A DNA stretch of 64,000 nt. Origin: Patescibacteria group bacterium. Lineage in GTDB: Bacteria > Patescibacteriota > Patescibacteriia > UBA1558 > GWA2-36-10. Shown piece after piece: positions 10,209-19,921 of the stretch. Position numbers and translations under genes: made by a program. The notes under the pieces were generated by a model that ran no database searches, had not been told where the DNA came from, and was given only the letters and a program-made list of their open reading frames with translations. The stretch covers positions 64,067 to 128,066 of the forward strand of contig JAQUKX010000001.1 of assembly GCA_028718865.1 (NCBI GenBank), in the 5' to 3' direction. Each line of letters begins with the position of its first letter. Within the stretch, counting starts at the first letter, position 1.

Positions 10209-10427
10209 GAACCATCAACTCCAGAAAGTCAGCAAGTCCATACAGCGCCCGTAGGGCTGCGGTTCTTGGCGGAGAAATGGCGATCGTGCCATACTCCTCC
10301 TTTCAGGGTTTTTTGGTTTATGCCGTGGCCTTGAGCCCGGCGCTTCACAGTGTACTTATCCGCTTCTTTAGCAGACTAAGTATTATATACACAAAATCAA
10401 AAAATTGTCAAGGCTTTTTGTTTATTT

Positions 10428-11057
10428 TTAGAAGAAAAAATAGATCAAATTGATAAAAAAGCCGAAAATACGGCCAAAAATATTGACTCCGACAAACCTG
10501 TCTAAAAAAATCAGCCCCAATAAAATCCAAGGCCCATTGACAGCCAGTCCTCTTTTGAAAGACTCATATCTGTCCGGCAAAAAAGCAAAAAGAATCTTGG
10601 AGCCGTCCAGAGGCGGTATGGGTATAAGGTTGAAAATTCCTAAAATCAAATTGATAAAGATAAGATAAAACAAAAAAGTAAAAAGTAAACTATTCAAAGC
10701 TAAAAAATTACCCAAAAAATTGGCAATAATTATAAACAAAACTACGCTGATAAAATTGGACAAAGGCCCGGCCAAAGACACCAAAGCCATGCCCCATTTG
10801 CGAAAACGCAAATTATAGGTATTGACCGGCACTGGTCGACCCCAACCAAAACCGGCAAAAAGCAACATCAGAGTGCCAAAAAAATCCATATGGGAAAGCG
10901 GATTGAGATTCAAACGGCCGTTATATTTGGCCGTGGCATCGCCAAGATAATTGGCGGCCAAAGCATGAGAAAATTCATGCACCGTCAGGGCATAAATAAT
11001 GCTCAAAATTATCATTAAAAATATTTCCGGCGATTGAAAAAGAGTGTTTATCAGCAT
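10428..11057 (-). CDS. M50-family (site-2 protease-like) membrane metalloprotease
   Basis: HEFSHALAA (HExxH) is embedded in a polytopic membrane protein. Confidence 0.7.
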   Translation of the reverse strand: MLINTLFQSPEIFLMIILSIIYALTVHEFSHALAANYLGDATAKYNGRLNLNPLSHMDFFGTLMLLFAGFGWGRPVPVNTYNLRFRKWGMALVSLAGPLSNFISVVLFIIIANFLGNFLALNSLLFTFLFYLIFINLILGIFNLIPIPPLDGSKILFAFLPDRYESFKRGLAVNGPWILLGLIFLDRFVGVNIFGRIFGFFINLIYFFF

Positions 11058-11146
11058 ATATTATCTTTGACAAAAATTATAATTTATGTTAGCATTTTTT
11101 AGTCTATAATATATTATAGCTTACTTAATCACTATGTCAAAAAAAT

Positions 11147-11335
11147 ATGGCCAAAGTATGTAAAGTATGCCAGCGGACAGCAATCACCGGCAACAGCCGC
11201 AGTCATTCCAATATTGCCAGCAAAAGAAAAATGAGCCTAAATCTCCAAAGCAAAAAAATGGACGGCAAAAAAATCACTATTTGCACCGCTTGCTTGAAAA
11301 CCGCTAAAAAAATCCAAAGAGCAAAAACTGTCTAA
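11147..11335 (+). CDS. rpmB: 50S ribosomal protein L28
   Basis: 62-aa ORF MAKVCKVCQRTAITGNSRSHSNIASKRK..NLQ matches the L28 signature. Confidence 0.85.
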   Translation: MAKVCKVCQRTAITGNSRSHSNIASKRKMSLNLQSKKMDGKKITICTACLKTAKKIQRAKTV

Positions 11336-11372
11336 ACAAAAATCCCCGCTCGGGGAAATATTTACTATATAT

Positions 11373-11401
11373 AAAACGCCAAAAACAAAAAGGCGTTTTT
11401 A
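11373..11401 (+). terminator. terminator after rpmB; a shorter ccccgctcgggg hairpin lies at 11344-11355
   Basis: aaaacgcc-loop-ggcgttttt. Confidence 0.6.
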
Positions 11402-11665
11402 TAGTCCTTTTAAAAGGACTGATAAAACACCTTTCTGCTAGTCACTATTCACCATTTAATTTTGTGGTTACTGATTATGACTATTGTAGCCCGACTTTTA
11501 AAAATGTTGACCCCTAGTAAACCAAGGGCGGAACCCGCAGTCCAAAGGCCAAGGCCCAAGACAATAATAAGGTTCCAAAACAATAGTGTTGTAGAGTCAC
11601 ATATTGTTTAAAAGAATAAGGCTACACTATTAATATAGCATTTTTATAAAAGCCTGACAACTAAC

Positions 11666-11698
11666 AAAAAAACGGCTTAAATTAGCCGTTTTATTTTT
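11666..11698. terminator. bidirectional terminator downstream of ndk
   Basis: aaacggct-taaatt-agccgttt with U-runs on both strands. Confidence 0.65.
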
Positions 11699-11725
11699 AC
11701 TCTATTTATTTTTGCTCTATTTTGA

Positions 11726-12232
11726 CTATTCCAGCAAGGTAAAACGAGTATAGTCGGGATGATGATCCTGCAATTCATAAGGTAAAAACCAATAACTCAA
11801 TTCCATGACGGCTTCTTCAGGAGAAGATGAAGCATGAATCAGGTTAAAAACCGCTTTTTGGCTTTTGTCGGCATGGGAAAAAGACAAATGAGCAAAATCT
11901 CCTCTGATGGTGCCGGGAGCAGCTGACTTGGGCTCGGTTTCACCAACTATTTTCCTTACCACCTCTACTGCTTCTACTCCCTCAATGGCAATAGCCACCA
12001 CTGGACCGGAAGTAATCATTCCCACCATCATATCTCTGACCTTTTGGCCGCGGCGCTTGGCCAGATCCTCACTGTAATGCTTCAAGGCAGTGTCTTTATC
12101 TGACCAGACCAGCTTCAAGCCAGCAATTTTCAAGCCTACTCTTTCAAAACGATGCATTATTTCTCCTATCAAGCCGCGATTTAGAGCATCCGGCTTGAGT
12201 AAAACCAAAGTTCTTTGTAATTTGTCTGACAT
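11726..12232 (-). CDS. ndk: nucleoside diphosphate kinase
   Basis: TLVLLKPDA...NLIHASSS, classic NDK. Confidence 0.95.
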   Translation of the reverse strand: MSDKLQRTLVLLKPDALNRGLIGEIMHRFERVGLKIAGLKLVWSDKDTALKHYSEDLAKRRGQKVRDMMVGMITSGPVVAIAIEGVEAVEVVRKIVGETEPKSAAPGTIRGDFAHLSFSHADKSQKAVFNLIHASSSPEEAVMELSYWFLPYELQDHHPDYTRFTLLE

Positions 12233-12236
12233 AAAA

Positions 12237-12617
12237 TTAATTTACCATTTTCTTCTTAACCTCAGCTACAACTTCCGAGGGAGTGATATTGGCCTTGACC
12301 AAATAACCAATCGCGCCCAACTGCTTGCCTCTTTCTATGTCCTCGTCTTGGCCTAAGTTAGTAAGCAGCATCACCGGAATACCTTTGGTATCCGGATCTT
12401 CCTTGATAGCTTTCAAAACCGAGAAGCCGTCCATCTTGGGCATGATAATATCCAAGAGGATAAAATCCGGCTTGAAGCTCTTGGCTTTTTCCAAACCCTG
12501 AACTCCGTCTAGAGCCTTTTCCAAATCATATCCCTCGTTTTTGAACTTGACTTCATACATGTTGGCGAGCATTTCCTCGTCTTCAATCAGTAAGATTTTG
12601 ATCTTTTTTTCCGCCAT
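12237..12617 (-). CDS. stand-alone CheY-like response regulator receiver domain
   Basis: ILLIEDEE...DFILLDIIMPKMDG...VMLLT receiver motifs. No output domain or cognate kinase in the window. Confidence 0.85.
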   Translation of the reverse strand: MAEKKIKILLIEDEEMLANMYEVKFKNEGYDLEKALDGVQGLEKAKSFKPDFILLDIIMPKMDGFSVLKAIKEDPDTKGIPVMLLTNLGQDEDIERGKQLGAIGYLVKANITPSEVVAEVKKKMVN

Positions 12618-12700
12618 AAAATTAAAAAAGTTAATATTAACCTGCCTTTATTATAGGGCAAAAATAAGCAAAAATCAACCCGGTGGCTTATCTAATGGTT

Positions 12701-13516
12701 TTAGAAGTAATAAGTGAAGCCATTGCTAAAAACCGCTATAGTACCCTGTTCTATATTACTGAGTACTTTGCATTGAATTTTGGCTAAACGATCTAGAGTT
12801 TCCAAATGAGGATGCTTGAATTTGTTATTTAAGCCTGCCTGAATTAAACAAAGCTCAGGATTAACAAATTGTAAAAATTCTACTGCTGAAGAATAACGGC
12901 TGCCGTGATGGCCGATTTTTAAGATCTTTGATTGCAAATCAAAACCCGAAGACAGCAATTTTTTCTCCCCGACTTCTCCCAGATCGCCGGTAAAAAGAAA
13001 ATTTGTCTGGCCGTAGCTTATCTTTATCACCAGAGAATTTTCATTGAAATCATCGTGCTGGAAATCCGCCAAAAGTACCTGAGCGGACAAATCATCAGCC
13101 AGCTGGAAAACATCACCGGCCTCGGCGATAATAGGCGTGAGATTTTTTTCTTGGAGCTTGGCCTGCCAAATATGATATAAAAAATCATCCGGTTGATGGG
13201 CAGTGGTGATAATATTTTTTATCTGATATTTGTTCAGCAGTTCTATCAAGCCGACTATATGATCAGCATGGTAATGGCTGATAATCAAATAATCAATATT
13301 CCTTTCCTGCCAAGGCAAAACTTGCCCTAGACGATACAAAAGCAAATTGTCCGGCCCGCCGTCAATCAAAATATTTATACCCGAAGGATGACTGAGTAAA
13401 ATCGCATCGCCTTGACCCACATCCAGAAAATAAACTGCCAAGTCATCTGGCCGGCGTGGCCAAATAAAAAATAAAAACAAAATAATCAAAATCGCCAAAA
13501 ATATTTTTTTATTCAT
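12701..13516 (-). CDS. comEC: ComEC/Rec2 C-terminal metallo-beta-lactamase domain protein
   Basis: YFLDVGQGDAILL and HYHADH MBL motifs with its own N-terminal TM helix. The start overlaps the upstream ORF stop (ATGAATAA). Confidence 0.8.
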   Translation of the reverse strand: MNKKIFLAILIILFLFFIWPRRPDDLAVYFLDVGQGDAILLSHPSGINILIDGGPDNLLLYRLGQVLPWQERNIDYLIISHYHADHIVGLIELLNKYQIKNIITTAHQPDDFLYHIWQAKLQEKNLTPIIAEAGDVFQLADDLSAQVLLADFQHDDFNENSLVIKISYGQTNFLFTGDLGEVGEKKLLSSGFDLQSKILKIGHHGSRYSSAVEFLQFVNPELCLIQAGLNNKFKHPHLETLDRLAKIQCKVLSNIEQGTIAVFSNGFTYYF

Positions 13517-14855
13517 AATCTTGGGGTTTTAAAACCAAAGTAAGCAAGCCCATAAAAAACAAAGCCAGCAAAAGATAAGTGGCAGAGAAAGTGCTGTTTT
13601 GCAAATAAGCATAAGGCAGTCCGGCCAGCCAAGCAGCTATGGTCACTATCAACTTAAAACAAATAAAAAGCGGCCAGCTTATCAACCAAGCTATAGGAGC
13701 AACTAATCCGAAAATAGCCAAGGCCATGCTCAAAAGCAAAATCAAGGGCAAAAAAGGCAATATCAAAAAATTGGCCAGCGGGGCAATCAGAGAAAAAATC
13801 CCAAAATAATAAACAATCAAAGGCCAAGTAAAAACTTGAGCAGCTAGAGTCACTGACATTACTTCCCTTAATTTAAAAATTTTGGGAATAAAAACCAAGA
13901 CTCGCTGGAAAAATTTAACAAAATAAAGCAGTCCCAAGACTGCCAAAAAAGACAACTGAAAGCCAATGTCATAAAGTAGCACTTGCCTATTTATCAAAAC
14001 AAAAATATCAGCTGCTAAAAACAGACTAGAAATCGAGCTGGAGTTGCGGCCAAAAAAAGGCCCTAACAAAACCATCATGACCATCAAGCTGGCTCTGACT
14101 GCTGAACTGGGAAAAGCAATAAGATAAAGATAAAAAAATAGAATTGAAAGAAGCCAGACAAAAGATCTTTTGCGGGAAAAGCCTAGCCAAAGCAAAAAAC
14201 TCTGCAATAAATAAACAATAATAGCAATATGTAAGCCGGAAATAGCAATAATATGGCTTAGTCCCACTTGAGCAAAAACATCTCTTAGCTCAGCTGGAAT
14301 TTCCCGCCTATCAGCCAAAAGCATGGCTTTGGCCAGAGAGGAAGCCGGTTCAGGTAAATAAGAGTTGAGGTTATTCCAGAAATACTGCTTGGCCTGCAAA
14401 AGATAAAAATGACTATCCTTTTCTTGGCCAACGACTTTTATTTTGGCAAAAGAACAGGTGCCATAAATTTTGTCTTTGGCCAAATATTTGTCATAAAAAA
14501 ATTCCCGGCCGAATTCATCGGCTATAGGCTCGGGCTGGTAAACTTTGCAGGCAATTTCCAAGACATCGCCGACCTGATACTGGGGATAAAGTGGCCCGTA
14601 GAGCAAAATCCGGCCCAAATAATTTTCCAAATTTTGCGGCTCAATTGTCAAGTTCCAGCCAGCTAATTTTTTGTCGGCCTTTTTGACTAGGCCATTGAAA
14701 ACATAAAATTGATTATAAGCAAAATCTTGATTTTGAACTTCTTGGTCAAAATAAAGCAGCCAAACAAAATTGGCCAATAAAAAAATGAGACTAAAGGCTA
14801 AAAACCACTTACTTTTGCTTCTCATACGCTTTTGCCAAAAAGGCCAAAGGCGCAT
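13509..14855 (-). CDS. comEC: ComEC/Rec2 N-terminal part (DUF4131 plus polytopic competence channel domain)
   Basis: 448-aa ORF with many TM helices and a ComEC-like core (AISGLHI...). It directly precedes the MBL-domain ORF. Confidence 0.8.
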   Translation of the reverse strand: MRLWPFWQKRMRSKSKWFLAFSLIFLLANFVWLLYFDQEVQNQDFAYNQFYVFNGLVKKADKKLAGWNLTIEPQNLENYLGRILLYGPLYPQYQVGDVLEIACKVYQPEPIADEFGREFFYDKYLAKDKIYGTCSFAKIKVVGQEKDSHFYLLQAKQYFWNNLNSYLPEPASSLAKAMLLADRREIPAELRDVFAQVGLSHIIAISGLHIAIIVYLLQSFLLWLGFSRKRSFVWLLSILFFYLYLIAFPSSAVRASLMVMMVLLGPFFGRNSSSISSLFLAADIFVLINRQVLLYDIGFQLSFLAVLGLLYFVKFFQRVLVFIPKIFKLREVMSVTLAAQVFTWPLIVYYFGIFSLIAPLANFLILPFLPLILLLSMALAIFGLVAPIAWLISWPLFICFKLIVTIAAWLAGLPYAYLQNSTFSATYLLLALFFMGLLTLVLKPQDYE

Positions 14856-14952
14856 CCCGCTCCCCTTTCTTCTGAGGGAAAAGCGGAAAAATCGCTTTAC
14901 TTCTTACTTATCAACTATGCCATTAAATCTTATTTTAAAAATTTTGTCAAAA

Positions 14953-16422
14953 TCACTTGGACAAAACGCTGGGTAATAAAGGCAGATAAGGCAAGCCTAG
15001 GCTGCTGAAAAAATCATTGCCTGCCGACCAGATAAAATAAGCAGCCAAAGAATTAGGCGCCAAAGGTTTTTTGTCTGTCAGCAGCTGGCTGCTGAAAAAT
15101 GCCTGCCTGCCGGGACTTTTTATTTTGGCCAGCAAGGCCAATCTGCTACTATCAAAAGCAATAGGCCAAGGACGATTCCAGTCGGCCTTAACAGTCAGCT
15201 CATTGGCCGACAAGCTAAAATCCGCCATTATCGGCTGGCTATCCAGCCACAATTCCCAGTCGGTTATTGCCAAATCAGCATAATCAATTTGCCAACTTAA
15301 CTTATGGACAAATAAAGGATCTTGGCCGATTGCCCGCAAATCAAGCTCGTAAACTTTATTCCAGCCTTCAAGCAACTTGGTATTTAAAACTCCTTCTTTC
15401 ACCTCAAGATAATAAGGCTTGCCTTGATAATCACTCAAAAACAAAGAACGGTTCAATTTTATATTTTGACCAGAATAGTAAGCCAAAGCCTCTGCTTCAG
15501 CCAAAGTCAAGCTAAAATTTCCTGCCGGCAAATCCAGGGCGTAAACTTCAAAAAATCTCGGCTGGTTGATATTGGGCCTATGTTCAAGAAAAAATTCTAT
15601 AGCGCCAGCTTGCGCCAAAGCCTCGGACAAAAGACGATCGCCTTCAACCAAGGCAAAAGCTCGTCCAGTCAAATCAATATCTCCTTGGTAAATCAAGCGT
15701 AAATATCCCAGATCAGCTGATTCGCCATAATTGACCAGACTAAAACTAGCAATTGACTGAGGCAGTCCAGCCGCCAAAAAATAATCCGCACTGGCTGAAA
15801 CAAAAGCCGCCAAATACCCCTGCTCCAAAAAAGAAACCAGGCCGCTCTCGGCAGGGAAATCGCCGTCTGGGAAAAGTATCGTGCCTTTGTATTTGAGAGC
15901 CACATCAGCTCTGTCGGCAATGATAAAATTAAAAAGCGTGCCTGGCTGAGCGCTATGGCTTTCAACCAAACGCAAGCTAAAATGATTTTGGCCAGCTGGC
16001 AAAAAATAATCAGCTAGCTGAAAATGAAGACTGCCGCTTTCGTCTATGACTTTGATTGCGCCCAACTGAGTGGAGCCATGATAAAGCTGAAGCTTGTCTA
16101 TCAAATCTAAATCATAAACACCGACCATCCCTACTTTTAATTTATACAAGGAAGCGCCGGCTTGATTGTTTTCTAGGACAAAATCAAACAAAGAAACATT
16201 GCTAGCATCTTTGGCCAGAGGCAGATCAAAATTGGCTGAAATAAAACGGGAATAAAAACCGCTCACCGGATCACCGACTGCTTGTCCAGCTGGGCCGCGA
16301 GTAGCTGAAAAAATAAAGATAAAAATAAAAAAGGCCAAAAATAAAAAAGGCAAATACAGCTTGAGCTGGCTGGGATGGGAAAACTTTCTTGCTTCTACTG
16401 AGGGACTTAGGTGTTCAAACAT
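14953..16422 (-). CDS. hypothetical membrane-anchored extracytoplasmic protein
   Basis: 489-aa ORF with N-terminal TM. No family recognised. Confidence 0.5.
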   Translation of the reverse strand: MFEHLSPSVEARKFSHPSQLKLYLPFLFLAFFIFIFIFSATRGPAGQAVGDPVSGFYSRFISANFDLPLAKDASNVSLFDFVLENNQAGASLYKLKVGMVGVYDLDLIDKLQLYHGSTQLGAIKVIDESGSLHFQLADYFLPAGQNHFSLRLVESHSAQPGTLFNFIIADRADVALKYKGTILFPDGDFPAESGLVSFLEQGYLAAFVSASADYFLAAGLPQSIASFSLVNYGESADLGYLRLIYQGDIDLTGRAFALVEGDRLLSEALAQAGAIEFFLEHRPNINQPRFFEVYALDLPAGNFSLTLAEAEALAYYSGQNIKLNRSLFLSDYQGKPYYLEVKEGVLNTKLLEGWNKVYELDLRAIGQDPLFVHKLSWQIDYADLAITDWELWLDSQPIMADFSLSANELTVKADWNRPWPIAFDSSRLALLAKIKSPGRQAFFSSQLLTDKKPLAPNSLAAYFIWSAGNDFFSSLGLPYLPLLPSVLSK

Positions 16423-16487
16423 AGCTATATTATAACATAAAAAAATTGTTTTTAAAACAATTTTTGAGAAAAAAATCTAGTTAACAA

Positions 16488-17591
16488 CTACTGATTCTGC
16501 CGAGACAAACCATCAATAATCAAAGGCATTAGATCACCGTCTAAAACCCCTGCTGGATCGGTCAATTCAAAATCAGTGCGATGATCTTTGACCAGCTTAT
16601 AAGGGTGCAGCACATAAGAGCGAATCTGGTTGCCCCAAGCTGCTTCGGTATATTCACCCCGCAAAATTCTTTTTTCTTCTTCTTTTTCACTCTGATAATA
16701 CTGCTCCAGCTTACTCTGCAAATAAGCCAAGGCTTGTTTTTTGTTCTGGCCTTGAGAACGCTCATTTTGGCAAGTAGCGCTGATGCCTGTGGGCAAATGA
16801 GTAATTCTAACCGCTGAATCAGTGGTATTGACTGACTGGCCACCATGGCCGGAGGCGCGGAAAGTGTCTATTTTCAAATCTTCTTCTTTGAGTGCTGACT
16901 TGGCTTGGCTGATTTCAGGAATAACTATCACCATCGCAAAAGAAGTATGGCGAGCTTTATCAGCGTCATAAGGGGATAATCTCACCAGACGATGAACGCC
17001 CGCTTCGTTCTTGAGATGGCCATAAGCATAAGGCCCGCTAATCTTAAAAGTAGCGCTTTTGATGCCCGCCTCATTGCCAACCGATCTAGACAAATAAGCT
17101 ACTGACCAATTTTTTTGTTCAGCAAAACGCAAATACATTCTTTCTAGCATTTGCGCCCAGTCTTGAGCATCCACTCCGCCAGCGCCAGCGTTGATAGTGA
17201 CAATCGCCGGCAAATTATCATATTGGCCTTGCCAATAAAGGCTCTGGGAAAGCTGCTTATATTCTTTTTGCAAAAAATCCAAATCGTCAGCCAACAATCC
17301 CAAAGCCAGCTTGTCGGCTTCTTCTTCTTCAGCCAATGCTTGCAGGCCGGCCAAGCGACTTTGGACAAGACGCCAACGATTTATTGTCTCTTCCAAAAAA
17401 CTGACCTGCTGACTGATGTCTTTGACTTTTTCTCTGTCTTGCCAAAAATCCGGAGCTGACATTTTTGTCTGCCAGACCTGCAACTCTGCTTCTTTTTTGG
17501 GCAAATCAAACAACAAAATGGCCTGTGCAAACTTATCTGACAAATCCTTGATTTCTTCTCTTAAATCCCTAAATGTCTTAGTTTTGGACAT
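16488..17591 (-). CDS. prfB: peptide chain release factor 2 (contiguous ORF, no programmed frameshift)
   Basis: GGQ motif and an RF2-type SPF-region variant (LSPYDADKARHTSFA). 367 aa. Confidence 0.85.
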   Translation of the reverse strand: MSKTKTFRDLREEIKDLSDKFAQAILLFDLPKKEAELQVWQTKMSAPDFWQDREKVKDISQQVSFLEETINRWRLVQSRLAGLQALAEEEEADKLALGLLADDLDFLQKEYKQLSQSLYWQGQYDNLPAIVTINAGAGGVDAQDWAQMLERMYLRFAEQKNWSVAYLSRSVGNEAGIKSATFKISGPYAYGHLKNEAGVHRLVRLSPYDADKARHTSFAMVIVIPEISQAKSALKEEDLKIDTFRASGHGGQSVNTTDSAVRITHLPTGISATCQNERSQGQNKKQALAYLQSKLEQYYQSEKEEEKRILRGEYTEAAWGNQIRSYVLHPYKLVKDHRTDFELTDPAGVLDGDLMPLIIDGLSRQNQ

Positions 17592-18777
17592 TGTATTTCT
17601 CCAGAGTAACCCTGATACTTTTTATCTCTCCTTGAGACCAAACTTTGAGCTCAATGCTATCTCCAGGCAAAAAAGAGCTAATGGCTTTGGCTAAGTGATA
17701 ATTTTGATTCAAATCCTGGCCGTTTATCGCTAGAATAATGTCGTTTTCCGCCAAAGAAGCTTTGGCTGCCGGCGAGCCAGGTAAAACAGGTGGCTGGCTA
17801 GCGTTGCGGCCAGCGCTAATTAAAGCTCCTTGTTCAAAATCCAAATTATTTGCAGCGGCAATTTCCTTGTTGAGCATAACATAACGCACCCCCAAATAAG
17901 GCCGGACTATTTCTCCGCTCTCTTTGAGGCTCAAAATAATTGACTTGATGGAATTGATGGGAATAGCAAAACCAATAAGCTGGCCGGAACGGGAAATAGC
18001 CGTATTAACTCCTACTACTTGACCGCTTAAATTCAGCAGAGGCCCGCCAGAATTACCCGGATTAATAGCGGCATCGGTCTGAATAACATCTTCCAGTCTC
18101 TCCGAAGCTCCTGAGCTGGCTGCGGCAATAATACTGCGTCCTATACCAGAGACCACGCCGGTAGTCACGGTGTTGCTAAACTCAGCTAAAGCATTGCCTA
18201 TAGCTACAACACTCTGACCTATCATCAAGCTGTCAGAATCACCTAGCTCTACTACCGGCAAATTATTGGCTTCAATTTTTAGAGCGCCAATGTCGTTGAA
18301 AAGATCAGTCCCTACTATTTCAGCGGCAAATTCTCTGTCGTCATTTAAAACTACTTTGTAGCGGGCACTAGTATCACTCAAAACATGTTTATTGGTCAAA
18401 ATGTAACCATCTGGAGAAATAATGAATCCTGTGCCGCCGCCGACTTTTTGAAAATTGGGCTCACGATCGTTAGAACGGTCGTTCGGCAAGGGACTAGTAT
18501 AAGGCCAAGGGAAAAAATTCTCAAAAAATGGATCAATGCTGACACCGGCACTGACATCTTTTTCTATAATAATAGACACTACGGCTGGACTGACATTTTT
18601 GACCACATCTATCACTGCTGATTCTTGATTTAGTTCCACTATTGTTTTTTGTAAAACGGCCTCTAAGCCGCTGTCCCTAGACCAAGGCAAGCGATCAAAA
18701 GCAAAAATGGTCAAATAAGAGCCGAATAGGCCCCCTAAAATCACGCTAATAAAAATTGTCGCAATAGTTCTTGGCAT
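17578..18777 (-). CDS. htrA: HtrA/DegP-family serine protease with PDZ domain
   Basis: TNKHV, D and NPGNSGGPL catalytic-triad contexts. N-terminal TM anchor. Confidence 0.85.
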   Translation of the reverse strand: MPRTIATIFISVILGGLFGSYLTIFAFDRLPWSRDSGLEAVLQKTIVELNQESAVIDVVKNVSPAVVSIIIEKDVSAGVSIDPFFENFFPWPYTSPLPNDRSNDREPNFQKVGGGTGFIISPDGYILTNKHVLSDTSARYKVVLNDDREFAAEIVGTDLFNDIGALKIEANNLPVVELGDSDSLMIGQSVVAIGNALAEFSNTVTTGVVSGIGRSIIAAASSGASERLEDVIQTDAAINPGNSGGPLLNLSGQVVGVNTAISRSGQLIGFAIPINSIKSIILSLKESGEIVRPYLGVRYVMLNKEIAAANNLDFEQGALISAGRNASQPPVLPGSPAAKASLAENDIILAINGQDLNQNYHLAKAISSFLPGDSIELKVWSQGEIKSIRVTLEKYNVQN

Positions 18778-18801
18778 ATTGAAAACTAGACTTAAAAATT
18801 A

Positions 18802-19152
18802 TTATTGGCACCACTGCCTGATCATTGCCTCTCTGGTATCAGGGTTGCAAAAAGCTTCCAGCAAAATATCCATCTGATTTTGACTGTTGTTTGTCTCCTC
18901 TTTTTGCTGAACCAGACTAAGTTGAGAAGTAAAAATACGATAGGCCGGCTCAAAAATTTTAATGTATTCTTTCAGCACCGGAGTCAAATAAATAATACCG
19001 ATTATCAAAGGAGCGGCAATGATTATGACCCTGATAAAGCTAAAAATAGTGTTGAGAGTGAATTTTTTCTCTATTTTTTTGATTCTCTCATCTAGACTCT
19101 GCAAAAGAGCCTTGTTTTCTTTGTCTAGCTTTTTTAATTCTTCATCCAACAT
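18802..19152 (-). CDS. hypothetical coiled-coil/TM protein
   Basis: 116-aa ORF. Weak call. Confidence 0.4.
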   Translation of the reverse strand: MLDEELKKLDKENKALLQSLDERIKKIEKKFTLNTIFSFIRVIIIAAPLIIGIIYLTPVLKEYIKIFEPAYRIFTSQLSLVQQKEETNNSQNQMDILLEAFCNPDTREAMIRQWCQ

Positions 19153-19342
19153 AAAAAATATTATTTAATACTATACCTGAAAACTACTAGTTTTCCAAAC
19201 TTTCCCTTTATTTCCCTTTATATTATAACTATCTATGCTAAGAGCACAAGGGAAATCAAGTTATATAATTATTATACACCATTATCGCCCAGAGGGCGAC
19301 CGCCTTATGGGCGGTAACAAAAAAATAGAATTAACAAAACTG

Positions 19343-19918
19343 CTAGCGCCGGCGGCCAAGCCAATTCCGGCTACGCCCAAAACGCCCCAAAAAATTGACC
19401 TTGAGCCAAATATTCTTGCGCTTTTGCTGCCGCCGGCGCCAATAAAAATAAAATGATCTAAATAGCGCGCCTCCAAGCAAAACACCAAACAAAAGGGTCG
19501 CTATAAACAAATATTTGGTCCAAAATAAAACTTTGGCTGGAAAATAAATGGTCAAAGGAATTTTCAAGCCCGAAGCGGCATTGAATCTTTTTTGATCCAG
19601 ACTTCTGGCCAAAATTGATAAATTGGTTTTTTTGACGCCGCCCTGATCGCGGCTACCGGCAAAAGCCACTTCTACTGCCGCTGACTCTTCAGGCATCAGC
19701 GACAATTCGCTTGGATTTATTTTCAGCTCAGTGGCAAAAGCATCGGCATAAATAGAAATAGACATCGGCTCCAAGGATATATTTTTTATTGATAAAGAAG
19801 CGGCTGATTTATCAGGAACAATAATCTCAAGTTGCGCCGGGCGGACTGACAATCCCAAAGCCGCCGCCGCCAAGGGAAAGAAAAGAAAAAGTAAAATTGC
19901 CAAAAAAAATGCCTTCAT
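19343..19918 (-). CDS. hypothetical secreted Ig-like/PapD-like fold protein with C-terminal TM anchor and basic tail
   Basis: Signal peptide, then a beta-rich region, then TM plus RRRQQKRK. The 3' end may be shorter than the track ORF. Confidence 0.4.
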   Translation of the reverse strand: MKAFFLAILLFLFFPLAAAALGLSVRPAQLEIIVPDKSAASLSIKNISLEPMSISIYADAFATELKINPSELSLMPEESAAVEVAFAGSRDQGGVKKTNLSILARSLDQKRFNAASGLKIPLTIYFPAKVLFWTKYLFIATLLFGVLLGGALFRSFYFYWRRRQQKRKNIWLKVNFLGRFGRSRNWLGRRR

Positions 19919-19921
19919 ATT

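Noticed and set aside
10118-10380. RNase P RNA, tmRNA or SRP RNA in the GC-rich structured region
   Set aside because: Partial resemblance to the RNase P CR-I/P4 strand (GAAGCGCCGGGCUCAAGG) was noted, but no complementary P4 partner exists on either strand. No tRNA-like acceptor/T-arm with CCA for tmRNA was found. The SRP helix-8 motif is not matched. Left as unassigned.
10073-10453. 126-aa plus-strand ORF in the GC-rich segment
   Set aside because: The amino-acid composition and order do not look protein-like. It is an open frame in a GC-rich, highly structured region and overlaps the M50 protease gene end. Treated as non-coding.
11402-11665. Small ncRNA or ORF in the 325-nt rpmB-ndk spacer
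   Set aside because: It contains a hairpin (gtccttttaaaaggac) and a TTGACC box, but no coherent structure, family match or ORF longer than 13 codons could be supported by eye.
16488-17591. Programmed +1 frameshift in prfB
   Set aside because: RF2 here is a single contiguous 367-aa ORF with no CUU-UGA frameshift site near the N-terminus.
19205-19225. Possible CRISPR-like or tandem repeat (tttcccttta x2)
   Set aside because: Only two 10-nt copies with no spacers. No CRISPR array or cas genes anywhere in the window.
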